Source: Patescibacteria group bacterium | GTDB taxonomy: Bacteria; Patescibacteriota; Minisyncoccia; Phycocordibacterales; Phycocordibacteraceae | NCBI GenBank assembly: GCA_018826905.1 | Contig: JAHJYC010000001.1 | Span: 1 to 63,096, forward strand | Direction: 5' to 3' | DNA length: 63,096 bases | Part shown: positions 46,157 through 56,175 of the stretch, one piece after another | How the letters are laid out: every line of letters starts with the position of its first letter | Numbering within the stretch: the stretch's first letter is position 1 | The notes under the pieces: model-generated | Told to the model about the DNA's origin: nothing | The model's database searches: none | The model's input: the letters and a program-made list of their open reading frames with translations, nothing else | Program-made: the position numbers and the translations under genes

Positions 46157-46668
46157 GAGCTAGAGAGAGAACAGATGGTGTAGCTTGTTCCGTCCGGAGA
46201 AGCAATTGCTGTTGCTGAGAATGCACAGGAGCGGGGGTATCCTAAAAGAAACCAAAAGATTGTGTAGGAAGGGCAGTAGCCTCCCGAAGGAGTGCACTGG
46301 TACCCGTACCCCTCAACGGTTCCGTTTGAGAACTCCTGGCTTATACCAGCAGGGAGGGAAGGGATGTACGGAGTAAGGGCGGTGTTAAGAGCCGCACTGG
46401 TAGTCATGCTTCCATTAATTCCGCAGATACCGTCTTCGTAGTCCCCCAAGCAATACAGGGCAGTGCCTCCGGGATCTGGGAATTGTCCGCCGTTATCTAG
46501 CGCGTAGAGGGCCAGAGCATTTTTGTACTCTCTGATTTGTTGTGTGGTGCCAGCATTCCTGCCCTTAACTCGTGCTTGATTAAGGGAGGCTAGCACTACA
46601 GAAGAGAGGATCCCGATAATTGCTATTACAACCAGCAATTCTATAAGAGTAAAACCACGAACTCGCAT
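46153..46668 (-). CDS. Type IV pilin / pseudopilin (prepilin N-methylation motif)
   Basis: MRVRGFTLIELLVVIAIIGILSSVVLASL: G/F cleavage site and Glu at +5. Confidence 0.9.
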   Translation of the reverse strand: MRVRGFTLIELLVVIAIIGILSSVVLASLNQARVKGRNAGTTQQIREYKNALALYALDNGGQFPDPGGTALYCLGDYEDGICGINGSMTTSAALNTALTPYIPSLPAGISQEFSNGTVEGYGYQCTPSGGYCPSYTIFWFLLGYPRSCAFSATAIASPDGTSYTICSLSSS

Positions 46669-46672
46669 AGAC

Positions 46673-47725
46673 TTACTCTGCGTTAAGATGCGTACGAATT
46701 TGCTTTAGGATGTCGTTTGCGATGGGCTTGTTCTCCCGAAGGAATGTGCGTGTTGCGTCGTATCCGCGTGCCAACGGAATCTCTCCAAACTTATAGCTGG
46801 AGCCAGACTTTTGGACGATATCAAACTTCTCACCAAGAGCGATAAGTTCTCCCTCACGGCTGATACCTTCGTTATACAAGAGATCAAACTCTGTTGTCTT
46901 GAACGGTGCTGCAACCTTGTTCTTAACTACTTTTACGCGTACACGTCCTCCCACAATTTCTTCACCCTTTTTAATTTGGGCAATACGACGAATATCAAGA
47001 CGCACTGAGGTGTAGAACTTAAGAGCCTTTCCTCCAGTTGTTGTTTCTGGGTTTCCAAACATCACCCCGATTTGCATACGGATTTGGTTAATAAAGATGA
47101 TGATGGTGCTTGATTTAGCAGTGATAGCAGTAAGCTTGCGGAGTGCTTGGGACATGAGACGAGCTTGTTTACCCATCTGTGCTGAGCCCATATCTCCTTC
47201 AATCTCGTCCTTTGGAGTAAGCGCTGCTACTGAGTCTACGACAATAACGTCTATAGAATTTGCTCGCACGAGCGACTCAACAATTTCAAGAGCCTGCTCT
47301 CCTGTGTCAGGTTGAGAGATAAGAAGCTCAGGAAGCTTCACGCCGATCTTTCGGGCGTACTCAGGATCAAGTGCGTGTTCTGCGTCAACAAATGCACAGA
47401 CTCCTCCTTTTTTCTGAGCCTCAGCTATTACGTGTAAGGCAAGCGTAGTCTTTCCTGATGATTCTGGACCAAAGATTTCAATGATACGGCCACGAGGCAG
47501 TCCACCAATACCAAGTGCAGCATCAAGCCCGAGAGATCCTGTAGGAATAAAATCAATAGCCTTAGGCTTTCCTGCACCAAATGCCATGATGGCCTCATCT
47601 CCAAACTTCGTCTGGATTTCCTTTATGGCAAGATCAATAGCGCGCTGTTTGCTGCTTGTTGAGTCGCCAGACTCTTCAGGAGTAGGAGTTTTTGATACTT
47701 TCTTTGCAGATTTCTTTGCAGGCAT
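46673..47725 (-). CDS. recA: Recombinase RecA
   Basis: [12 protein letters not shown], loop L1/L2 regions, [22 protein letters not shown]. Confidence 0.97.
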   Translation of the reverse strand: MPAKKSAKKVSKTPTPEESGDSTSSKQRAIDLAIKEIQTKFGDEAIMAFGAGKPKAIDFIPTGSLGLDAALGIGGLPRGRIIEIFGPESSGKTTLALHVIAEAQKKGGVCAFVDAEHALDPEYARKIGVKLPELLISQPDTGEQALEIVESLVRANSIDVIVVDSVAALTPKDEIEGDMGSAQMGKQARLMSQALRKLTAITAKSSTIIIFINQIRMQIGVMFGNPETTTGGKALKFYTSVRLDIRRIAQIKKGEEIVGGRVRVKVVKNKVAAPFKTTEFDLLYNEGISREGELIALGEKFDIVQKSGSSYKFGEIPLARGYDATRTFLRENKPIANDILKQIRTHLNAE

Positions 47726-47736
47726 ACGAATAGGGG

Positions 47737-48060
47737 TTAGGGGACAAAAACGGTGCGACGCTCGGTTATTTCATGTCCAAACCGGTCAGTCGCCGTTAAA
47801 GATAGTATAGCGTTTCCTTGGGGAAGTACGAGTGAGGTGGAAAAGTTTCCTTCCTCATCAATAAGAAGTGGGGCACCATTCAGCCACAGGTTTTCTGTGT
47901 GCAGAGCTTTCCCGACTAGTGCAAGGTTTCCATCCGGAAGCACAGCATGCTCTTGGGGTGTAAAGGAGAGGGAAGGGCCCGAAAGTAGTGGCCAGATTCG
48001 GGTAGCACCGTATCCAACTAAAGCAATGAGAATGAGTGCGACGAGGGGACGGGTTCCCAT
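47737..48060 (-). CDS. Hypothetical bitopic membrane protein
   Basis: [17 protein letters not shown]... The ATG at 48060 avoids overlap with ftsK. Confidence 0.55.
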   Translation of the reverse strand: MGTRPLVALILIALVGYGATRIWPLLSGPSLSFTPQEHAVLPDGNLALVGKALHTENLWLNGAPLLIDEEGNFSTSLVLPQGNAILSLTATDRFGHEITERRTVFVP

Positions 48061-48064
48061 ACGA

Positions 48065-50218
48065 TTAGTTTTCTTCTTCCTCGTCCGCGTCATCACCACC
48101 AGACCCCCCTATAACTTCACGAGGCCGCGAGCCATCAGCAGGGCCTATAACGCCTTTTTCTTCAAGGATATCCATGAGGCGAGCAGCACGAGAGTAGCCG
48201 ATACGGAGCTTTCGCTGCAGGTAGGACGTAGAAGCACGTCCTGCTTCTTCAACTGCTTCACGAGCGGCGCTATATAGCTCATCGTCCGCTTCATCATCGT
48301 CTGCAGCAAGCATGATTGCATCATTTGCTTCGTGAACACCTGCCCCTGCAGTCCCGGCACCCAAATCAATTGAAGAGAGTGAGCCAGAGTTATGTTCCTT
48401 TATATAGCTCACCACCTTCTTTACCTCTTGCTCACTGATGTATGCAGTCTGTAGACGCACAGGCTTCTGCATGTCAGCAGACATATAAAGCATGTCTCCC
48501 GCTCCAAGGAGAAGTTCAGCACCCCCTGAGTCTAGAATAGTGCGTGAATCTATCTGACTAGACACCTGCAAGGCCATGCGGGTAGGGACGTTTGCCTTAA
48601 TAAGTCCTGTAATGACATTTACTGAAGGACGCTGGGTGGAGAGGATGAGGTGGATTCCCACAGCACGAGACATCTGAGCGAGGCGCACAATCGCGCTCTC
48701 AAGCTCTCTCGGGTATGTCTGCATGATGTCTGCAAGCTCATCAATAACAATAACGATGTACGGCATTGCTTCAGGCATCTCCTTTGCCTTACGCTTCTTG
48801 GCTGGCTCAACAATGGTGTTGTGATACGACTCAATATCACGTACTTGCACCTCTTCAAGTATGTTATAGCGACGATCCATTTCCTTGGCAGCCCATTTGA
48901 GTGCAAAGATACACTTTTTCGGGTCAGTTATAACTGGCGTAAGAAGGTGGGGGATACCGTTATAGAGCGTGAGCTCAACACGCTTCGGATCAACCATGAT
49001 GAAGCGCATTTGATTAGGTCCGTTGCGATACAAAAGGGAAGTGATAACAGCATGAATAGCTACCGACTTTCCCGAGCCCGTGGCTCCAGCAATTAGACCG
49101 TGTGGCATCTTCGCGGTGTTCACATAGTGTGGAGTGCCGGTGATGTCTCGTCCTACGGCAGCGAGAAGTGGTTTCTTGCTCGCGTTCCATTCAGGTGCGC
49201 CAATAACACCTCCAAGGCCAACTGTTGCCTTTGATGCATTTGGTACCTCAATACCTACGAGCGACTTTCCTGGAATAGGAGCCTCAATACGAACAGGGTG
49301 TGCAGCAAGCGCAAGTTCAAGATTGTTTTGAAGCCCCACGATTTTATTGAGACGAACTCCCTCTGCTGGTTTTATGGCGTAGCGAGTAACAGTTGGTCCC
49401 ACTGAGATCTCGTCCATCTCTACGGAGATGCCAAAGTTCTGGAAAGTGCGCTTAATGATATTTGCGTTTGCCTTAATGTCTCCGACACCTGGCTTGCCCT
49501 TATCCTCGCCAAGAAGAGAGAGGGGAGGGGCCTGATATTCTGCATCAATATTTGGGATCGGCTCGGTGCTCGGTACAGCACTCTCTCGGTTGAACATGGT
49601 TATGACAGGTTCAGCTTCAGGGGCCTCCTCCTCAGATTCTTCTTCCTGTTCCTCTACTTCAGTTTCTTCGTCTTCTTCATCCTCCTCTGCGCGTGCTCTC
49701 CTCTCAGGGAAAGAAGGAAGTTTTATGGAGCTAGCAGCAGTGCCTGCTTTCTCAAAGAAGCCAGCGAGGACTTTTGAAAGCACAACGATATCAATTGCGA
49801 TAACTACTCCGATTGCTGCAACGGCTACTAGAAGGATCAAGGCGGCTGGCCCAAAGAATTCTGAGACAGTGGCCCCAAGTGCAGTCCCGGCAGCACCTCC
49901 GAGTGCCTGAGTTGTAATACCAAGGAGGGTGAGCAATGAGAGAAGTATCAGGGAAATACCGATTGCGGTGAGTGGAGAGACGAAGGTGCGCTCAAGCATC
50001 ACCGCAAGACCCACTCCCACAAGAAGAAGTGGAAGGAGAAGTGAGGCAACACCAAATACCCCAAAACCAAAAGTGAAGAGGGCGGTGCCAGCAAGACCAG
50101 CAAGTCCGAATGCGGCAAGTCCAAACATTGCTCCGAATGCAATAAGCACGATGCCCGTCGTCCATTTGGCGAGGGCACGATAGTTGTCTTGGTTGCGGCG
50201 CTTTCTGCGCTTTTTCAT
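48065..50218 (-). CDS. ftsK: DNA translocase FtsK
   Basis: Four N-terminal TM helices, acidic linker, motor domain GATGSGKSV, C-terminal gamma wHTH (YLQRKLRIGYSRAARLMD). Confidence 0.95.
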   Translation of the reverse strand: MKKRRKRRNQDNYRALAKWTTGIVLIAFGAMFGLAAFGLAGLAGTALFTFGFGVFGVASLLLPLLLVGVGLAVMLERTFVSPLTAIGISLILLSLLTLLGITTQALGGAAGTALGATVSEFFGPAALILLVAVAAIGVVIAIDIVVLSKVLAGFFEKAGTAASSIKLPSFPERRARAEEDEEDEETEVEEQEEESEEEAPEAEPVITMFNRESAVPSTEPIPNIDAEYQAPPLSLLGEDKGKPGVGDIKANANIIKRTFQNFGISVEMDEISVGPTVTRYAIKPAEGVRLNKIVGLQNNLELALAAHPVRIEAPIPGKSLVGIEVPNASKATVGLGGVIGAPEWNASKKPLLAAVGRDITGTPHYVNTAKMPHGLIAGATGSGKSVAIHAVITSLLYRNGPNQMRFIMVDPKRVELTLYNGIPHLLTPVITDPKKCIFALKWAAKEMDRRYNILEEVQVRDIESYHNTIVEPAKKRKAKEMPEAMPYIVIVIDELADIMQTYPRELESAIVRLAQMSRAVGIHLILSTQRPSVNVITGLIKANVPTRMALQVSSQIDSRTILDSGGAELLLGAGDMLYMSADMQKPVRLQTAYISEQEVKKVVSYIKEHNSGSLSSIDLGAGTAGAGVHEANDAIMLAADDDEADDELYSAAREAVEEAGRASTSYLQRKLRIGYSRAARLMDILEEKGVIGPADGSRPREVIGGSGGDDADEEEEN

Positions 50219-50323
50219 ATGGCCATTCTAACACCTGCATTCCTATATATGCGTAAGCTGCATCGTAGACGGAGTCCATGGTTGCAGAGCTAGAGTAACG
50301 GACATATAATTGTCCTTAACAGC

Positions 50324-51133
50324 ATGAAGGACACAAGAAATAGTAAAGGACAAAAGGAAGGAAATGCTCTTGGAAATTCCGGAGACAATTCTAACTTTGT
50401 CCTTGATAAGGCTATATTTTCAAACGTGTTTGAAAGAGACATTCGTCGCGTGTATCTATACAAGAAGGCAGAAAGACTTGCGAAGGCTATACATCTCGTA
50501 GGTCCTGCTTTTACAAAATCAGCAGCCCTCAAAGATCGTCTTGATCGGATTTCTATTGCGCTTGTTGATGCTGCTATCTTGCCGCCCGCTGCGTCTAGAG
50601 AAGCTCTCTCGCGAGAGCTTCTCGCGCTTTCTAGTATTCTCTCAATCGTACGTGTGGGAGGAGTTCTTTCTCCTATGAATGCAGATCTCATTGCAAACGA
50701 AGCACATTTGCTTCTACAAGAAGTTGCAGGGTACGAAGAGCCACGACTCACTCTTGAGGATGCTCCAACACTAGCCTCTCTCGCAAAATCTGCTGGCACT
50801 GCGAATGCATCTGCACAGGCACCATTGCGGTCTCTCGCAAGGATTACTTTTGATGAGGAGCTCGCAGAGGAAGCTCCTAAAGGACAATCTAAAGGACATG
50901 TATCGGACAAGGTTCCTGGAAAGCAGCAACCTAAGCGCATCTCTGAGAGAAGGGAAGCTATACTTTCTGTGCTTAAGCGAAGAGGAGGTTCCTATATAAA
51001 GGATATATCTCTTGTTATACGTGATGTGAGCGAGAAGACGATCCAGCGAGAACTTTCTCAGCTCGTGTCCGAAGGAGTGGTTACCAGAAAAGGGGACCGT
51101 AGATGGACCACGTACGAGATTGCGAAACAGTAA
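50324..51133 (+). CDS. Putative transcriptional regulator (helical N-domain + C-terminal winged HTH, DeoR-like)
   Basis: C-terminus RREAILSVLKRRGGSYIKDISLVIRDVSEKTIQRELSQLVSEGVV. Confidence 0.6.
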   Translation: MKDTRNSKGQKEGNALGNSGDNSNFVLDKAIFSNVFERDIRRVYLYKKAERLAKAIHLVGPAFTKSAALKDRLDRISIALVDAAILPPAASREALSRELLALSSILSIVRVGGVLSPMNADLIANEAHLLLQEVAGYEEPRLTLEDAPTLASLAKSAGTANASAQAPLRSLARITFDEELAEEAPKGQSKGHVSDKVPGKQQPKRISERREAILSVLKRRGGSYIKDISLVIRDVSEKTIQRELSQLVSEGVVTRKGDRRWTTYEIAKQ

Positions 51134-51141
51134 GAGGAATA

Positions 51142-51170
51142 TTGACTTTTCTGAGGATACGGCCTAGAAT
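51142..51170 (+). promoter_or_regulatory. Sigma70-like promoter (TTGACT-17-TAGAAT)
   Basis: -35 TTGACT at 51142-51147, 17-nt spacer, -10 TAGAAT at 51165-51170. It heads the 560-nt leader of the surface-protein gene. Confidence 0.6.
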
Positions 51171-51697
51171 GTGCGGGTGGTGATCTCTGGAGACAGAACA
51201 ATATAAACGGCCGGAAACGGCCTGTTTTACGTTTGCTGCTTTGGAGGTTATCCACATTCGTTTTACGCGTTTACACATCATTGTTTCTGTATACTGTGTG
51301 TACACCCGGCGCTCATAGGAATGAGGCCGGGAATTCCGAAACGATTGGTGCGTATTCCTAAACGGAAGGGGTCCTTTGAAAACAGAATAGGATTCAAGAA
51401 CCGCGGCGTAAGAAGCTGCGGCTCTACCCGTCTTCATCTGGAGACGGACGCTGTAATGGATGTATTTGATAGAACACGGATGAACGCCGAATGAAAAGAA
51501 CCTTTACCAGCTAGCCGATGGGACGCGCGTCGATAGCACGCCCTGTCGGATAGTGTGAAATATGAAATAACTCACTCCCTTCCTCTCGGGGAGGGGAGGG
51601 ATTACTAAAAGAGAGATAAGGTACGTGTGCACCGCGCCATTCTTTATAAGTAGAACGCGGCGGATGCGTACTTCACTTAATTAAGCAAAGCATTACC

Positions 51698-53596
51698 ATG
51701 CAAATTGCAAACACAAACACAATCGCGAAGATTGCAGCTGTACTTGCAGGACTTGGCCTCGTTGCTTCAACTTTCGCAGCATTTGCTCCAGTAGCAAGCG
51801 CTCAGAGTTCAACTTCGTCAGCTGACCTACAGGCTCAGATCAACGCACTTCTAGCACAGATTGCAGCTCTTCAGGCTAACACCGGAACATCTGCAGCTGT
51901 ATCTTTTGATCGCGACCTTACCATGGGCTCAACAGGAGCTGATGTAACCGCGCTTCAGAACTGGCTTATCAGCAAGGGCTTCACCATCGCAGCTGGCGCT
52001 ACCGGATACTTCGGTGCACAGACGAAGGCAGCTCTTGGTGCCTACCAGGCATCAGTTAGCATCAGCCCAGCGGTTGGTTACTTTGGCCCGATCACTCGCG
52101 CTAAGGTAAACGCTTCTGCAGGAACTGGTACAGGTACTGGAACTGGAACAGGAACTGGCTCTACTGGAGACAGCCTTTCTGGAGGCGAGGCTAACCTCAC
52201 TGCTTACAACCTCCGTTCTGAGGATGGAAGTGGTGACGAGGGTGAGAGCGGAGTTGATATCGCAACTGCAGAGTTCGATGTTGATGACGCAGATGTACGC
52301 GTAGAGCGCGTAGAGCTCACTTTCGATGCTTCTAACGGAGCTCTCGAGGATCGTCCTTGGAAGTACTTCGACTCAATTGAGCTTTCTGCTAACGGCAAGA
52401 AGCTTGGTGACGTTGATGCGTCTGACAGAGACGAGTGGGATGAGACTACAAGTGGTTCTGACATTTATGTCATAACCTTCACTGGTCTTGACTACGTAGT
52501 TGAGGAGGGAGACATGGCAGAAATCTTGGTTTCTGCAGACATCTCTAGCAGCATCGATGATGCTGACCTAGATCAGACCTTCTCTGTTTACGTTGATGAC
52601 AACGGCATCCGTGCTGTTGACGGCGAGGGAATCCAGCAGTACATCGGTCAGGACACTGACACAGTTACTGTTGACTTCAACGCTGAGGACAACGGAGACC
52701 TTACCATCAAGTCAAACAGCGGTGATCCTGATGCATCTATCCTTGTTGGAGACGCTGACGATGTATCTGCTGAGTACGAAGTATTCATCTTTGACATCGA
52801 CAACGGTTCTGACGCTGATACGATCATCAACGACATTGAGGTCGGTGTAACTACCGGTACTGGTACTTCAGCTGTTAACATCATCCGCAACGCAACTCTT
52901 ACAGTTGACGGCGATGAGTTTGACGGAGATGTTGCTTCTACAACAATTACCTTCGACGACATGGATCTTGAGATCTCTGGAGACGATCGTGTTGAGGCAG
53001 TACTCACTGTTGAACTTAAGAGCGGCCCAGTTGAGACTACTCTCGTCTTTGACGTAGTTGGATCAACTGACGTTGACGCTGAGGGTGCTGATTCAGGTGA
53101 TAACTCAGCTGTGTCTGGTACACAGACAAGTTCTACTCACACGGTAGCCCTTGAGGGTATCGCAGTAGAGCCTGTTTCAACCAGCCAGTCTGTTGTAACT
53201 CCTGGTTCTGACGCTACTGCAACCTACGGTACATACACGATTAAGTTCGATGTAACTGCTATTGAGGACGATGCATTCATTGCAACGACAACTTCAACAA
53301 CAGGTACTGTTGGTGTAACGTACTCAATCGATGGAACTACCTACACAGGTACAACCACCGCATTGCTTACTTCATCTGCAGACACATCAGCAGAGGGTTA
53401 CTACGAGGTTGGAGAGGGAGATACTGAGCAGTTCACACTCACAGTTACTCTTGACCCAGCTGCTGCAGGAACATTTGAGGTAGATCTTTCATCGATCCGC
53501 TTCAACAATTCTGCATCATTCTCTGGTTCATCAGTCCTTACGATTGATTCAAACAACCAGGATTACCAGACTGACCCAATCTACATCGCTAACTAA
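51698..53596 (+). CDS. Acidic cell-surface protein A: signal/anchor + coiled segment + PG_binding_1-like domain + Asp/Thr-rich beta domains
   Basis: LTMGSTGADVTALQNWLISKGF...GYFGAQTKAALGAYQ (peptidoglycan-binding repeat), a (GT)n linker, and a very acidic remainder. Confidence 0.8.
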   Translation: MQIANTNTIAKIAAVLAGLGLVASTFAAFAPVASAQSSTSSADLQAQINALLAQIAALQANTGTSAAVSFDRDLTMGSTGADVTALQNWLISKGFTIAAGATGYFGAQTKAALGAYQASVSISPAVGYFGPITRAKVNASAGTGTGTGTGTGTGSTGDSLSGGEANLTAYNLRSEDGSGDEGESGVDIATAEFDVDDADVRVERVELTFDASNGALEDRPWKYFDSIELSANGKKLGDVDASDRDEWDETTSGSDIYVITFTGLDYVVEEGDMAEILVSADISSSIDDADLDQTFSVYVDDNGIRAVDGEGIQQYIGQDTDTVTVDFNAEDNGDLTIKSNSGDPDASILVGDADDVSAEYEVFIFDIDNGSDADTIINDIEVGVTTGTGTSAVNIIRNATLTVDGDEFDGDVASTTITFDDMDLEISGDDRVEAVLTVELKSGPVETTLVFDVVGSTDVDAEGADSGDNSAVSGTQTSSTHTVALEGIAVEPVSTSQSVVTPGSDATATYGTYTIKFDVTAIEDDAFIATTTSTTGTVGVTYSIDGTTYTGTTTALLTSSADTSAEGYYEVGEGDTEQFTLTVTLDPAAAGTFEVDLSSIRFNNSASFSGSSVLTIDSNNQDYQTDPIYIAN

Positions 53597-53663
53597 TGGA
53601 CTCTCTGAGATACGTCTCGGAACCCAAAAGAAAGTGACGTAGACTGCAAAGTCTCGTAAATGC

Positions 53664-53693
53664 AAAAACCCCACGGTACGCCGTGGGGTTTTT
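53664..53693 (+). terminator. Intrinsic terminator after paralog A
   Basis: AAAAACCCCACGG-tacg-CCGTGGGGTTTTT. Confidence 0.9.
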
Positions 53694-53922
53694 GCTATTT
53701 CTTCAGGTTCATGAGGTCTTCAGTACAAGTGCGCTATAGATACAAACAGACTCCTTCAATGAATGATACGAACATACGCCTGTAGGAATAGAAGGATTAA
53801 TACGTCTACTTTTATATAGGCCAGTGATTTGCAGTAAGAAGCAGATCACCAATATGGCTTGAAAGGTTACTAGCGACATCTATCTGAGTAGACGCAGGCA
53901 GATGTCTTAACACCAATTACCC

Positions 53923-55830
53923 ATGACACATATACAACACACACCATTCGCGAAAGTTGCATCTGTGTTTACAGGTCTGGCTCTAATGCTCTCTATGGGA
54001 GTGGCGGCTCCGGCCCAAGCACAGACGGCGACTAACGCACAGCTGCAGGCACAGCTGCAGGTTCTTCTGGCACAACTCGCAGCACTTCAGGCACAACTTA
54101 ATGGAGGAGTTGCGGTAGGGAAGTGTAACTTCACACGAGACCTTACAGTAGGCTCTACAGGAGCCGATGTAACCTGTCTGCAAACATATCTGACAAGTAC
54201 CGGACACTTCACTTTCTCAGGAGGAGCGACTGGGTACTTCGGACCTATTACGCAAAGCGCAGTAGCGCGGTGGCAGGCAAGTAACGGCGTCGCTCCAGCG
54301 GTTGGATACTTTGGCCCGATCTCTCGTGCCAAGTACAACGCTATCGTTACCATTGTTGTTCCTCCAGTAGTGGATGACGATGATGACGACGATGACACAG
54401 CGGGACTCTCTGGAGGAGAAGCAAGCCTTACTGCGTACAACTTCCGTTCTGAGGATGGAAGTGGTAACGAGGGTGAGAGCGGAGTTGAGATCGCAACTGC
54501 AGAATTTGATGTTGATGACGGAGACGTTCGTGTTGAACGAATGGAAATCACGTTTGAAGCATCAGATAACGGACTTGAAGACCGGCCGTGGGATTATTTT
54601 GATTCCATTAGCGTATGGTCAGGTGGAGACAGACTAGAAGAAGTTGATGCAGGAGACCGCGATGAGTGGAGTGAGACTACAGACGATGTGTACGTTCTGT
54701 GGCTCACCAACCTTAATGAAATAGTGAGAGAGGGCGATACTGCTGAGCTCACTATTATGGCTGACATCTCTTCATCAATTGATACTGATGACCTGGACCA
54801 GGAATTCATCATCAGTATTGATGACCGTGGTATACGCGCAGTAGACAGTGAGGGAATTCAGCAGTACATCGGAAACGATAATGACACCGTAACCTTTGAC
54901 TTCGGTGCAGAACTGACAGGTGACCTCACCATTCGTTCTAGCTCAGACGATCCTGATGCATCTATCCTCGTTGCAGATGAGGATCGCGTGTCTGACGAGT
55001 TCACTGTCTTTGCGTTTGAGATTAGAAACGAAGAAGACGTGGAGGTCCTCCTTAACGATCTCACCATTGATGTAGATACTAATGGAGGCTCGGACGCTGA
55101 CGAAATGATCCGTGATGCAACACTTGTTATTGATGGAGACGACTTTGATGGAGACATCAACACAGCTTCAATTGACTTCAACGATCTAGACTTTGAGATT
55201 GATGGAGACGAGACAGTAACAGTTGAGCTCATGATTAGTCTCAATAGACAGGACGGAAACTATTCTGCCTCTGGCGAATCCCTCCAGTTCTCTATTGATG
55301 GAGTTGATCTAGATGCTGAAGGCCTAGACTCTGGAGACAATTCAGATGTAGGAGGAAGTGCTGACAGTGCAGTGCATACTGTTTCCCTAACGGGAATTGA
55401 AGTGCAGGCGCTCAGTACTAGCCAGGCAGTCGTAACTCCAGGATCAAGTGCGTCAGACACGTACGGTACGTACACGATCCGCTTTGAAGTTGAGGCCATT
55501 GATGAGGATGCATACATTGCAACCACAACTGCAGATAGCGGTACGGTGGGAGTGGCGTATGACATTAATGGAAGCAGCTTCTCTGGAACAGAGACTGCGG
55601 TACTCTCGTCAAACGCAACAACGCAGGATGGGTTCTACCGTGTTAATGAAGGTGACGTACGCACCTTTACTCTTACGGTAACGTTGAATCCAACCACTGC
55701 CGGAACGTTCTCAGTAGAACTTGAATCGGTACGCTTCAATGATTCAGCAAGCTTCACTGGAAGCACGCTGTTCACCATTGACTCAAACAATCAGGACTAT
55801 GAGACCGATCCTATCTACATTGCTAACTAG
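53923..55830 (+). CDS. Acidic cell-surface protein B (tandem paralog of A)
   Basis: Same architecture as A, with a poly-Asp linker instead of (GT)n. Both share the C-terminus DSNNQDY.TDPIYIAN. Confidence 0.8.
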   Translation: MTHIQHTPFAKVASVFTGLALMLSMGVAAPAQAQTATNAQLQAQLQVLLAQLAALQAQLNGGVAVGKCNFTRDLTVGSTGADVTCLQTYLTSTGHFTFSGGATGYFGPITQSAVARWQASNGVAPAVGYFGPISRAKYNAIVTIVVPPVVDDDDDDDDTAGLSGGEASLTAYNFRSEDGSGNEGESGVEIATAEFDVDDGDVRVERMEITFEASDNGLEDRPWDYFDSISVWSGGDRLEEVDAGDRDEWSETTDDVYVLWLTNLNEIVREGDTAELTIMADISSSIDTDDLDQEFIISIDDRGIRAVDSEGIQQYIGNDNDTVTFDFGAELTGDLTIRSSSDDPDASILVADEDRVSDEFTVFAFEIRNEEDVEVLLNDLTIDVDTNGGSDADEMIRDATLVIDGDDFDGDINTASIDFNDLDFEIDGDETVTVELMISLNRQDGNYSASGESLQFSIDGVDLDAEGLDSGDNSDVGGSADSAVHTVSLTGIEVQALSTSQAVVTPGSSASDTYGTYTIRFEVEAIDEDAYIATTTADSGTVGVAYDINGSSFSGTETAVLSSNATTQDGFYRVNEGDVRTFTLTVTLNPTTAGTFSVELESVRFNDSASFTGSTLFTIDSNNQDYETDPIYIAN

Positions 55831-55851
55831 ACCCTAGTTAGAAGTGGACAC

Positions 55852-55881
55852 AAAACCCCTACGGTACGCCGCAGGGGTTTT
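55852..55881 (+). terminator. Intrinsic terminator after paralog B (homologous to the one after A)
   Basis: AAAACCCCTACGG-tacg-CCGCAGGGGTTTT. Confidence 0.85.
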
Positions 55882-56175
55882 GGTATACTAATTGGAGCGT
55901 ATGGAATACTTCTTTCACTTTTTGAAGTTCCTCGGAGTTTTTGCCCTTATAATCGCGGGCTCGCTCTCTTTGTTGCAGGTAGTGTCCGGGGGAACGTTTT
56001 AGTGCATTGCACCCCGCGTCTTCTTGGGGTAGAGTGCCAAAGTACGGACCGAAGACAGCAGGCATATATAAGCCCTGCCGAGGGACACTTCGCAAACAGC
56101 TTGTTTGCGGGTCGATCGTCTCCACAGGTCCTGCCTATGCAGGGCCGTTCTCGTTTCCGTACACACACAACAAAC

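Noticed and set aside
50290-50940. 216-aa minus-strand ORF
   Set aside because: It is fully antisense to the better-supported wHTH regulator gene, is Ser/Arg/Ala-rich, and has no motif.
51081-51437. 118-aa minus-strand ORF in the long leader
   Set aside because: It overlaps the 3' end of the regulator gene and the promoter, and its composition is implausible. The region is better explained as structured RNA.
52121-52160. GGTACx/GGAACx hexanucleotide repeats (and the GAT/GAC run at 54373-54396) as VNTR or CRISPR-like repeats
   Set aside because: They are in-frame low-complexity linkers ((GT)n and poly-Asp) inside the surface-protein genes. There is no spacer structure.
52213-52289. Diversity-generating retroelement TR/VR pair
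   Set aside because: No reverse transcriptase is in the window. The four mismatches are not restricted to adenines of one copy. Both copies lie in equivalent positions of two paralogs.
55886-56175. L10 (rplJ) leader RNA motif and promoter upstream of rplJ
   Set aside because: The region is long enough and has a TATAAT at about 55948. I could not identify the conserved L10-leader helix by eye or find a convincing -35, so I made no feature call.
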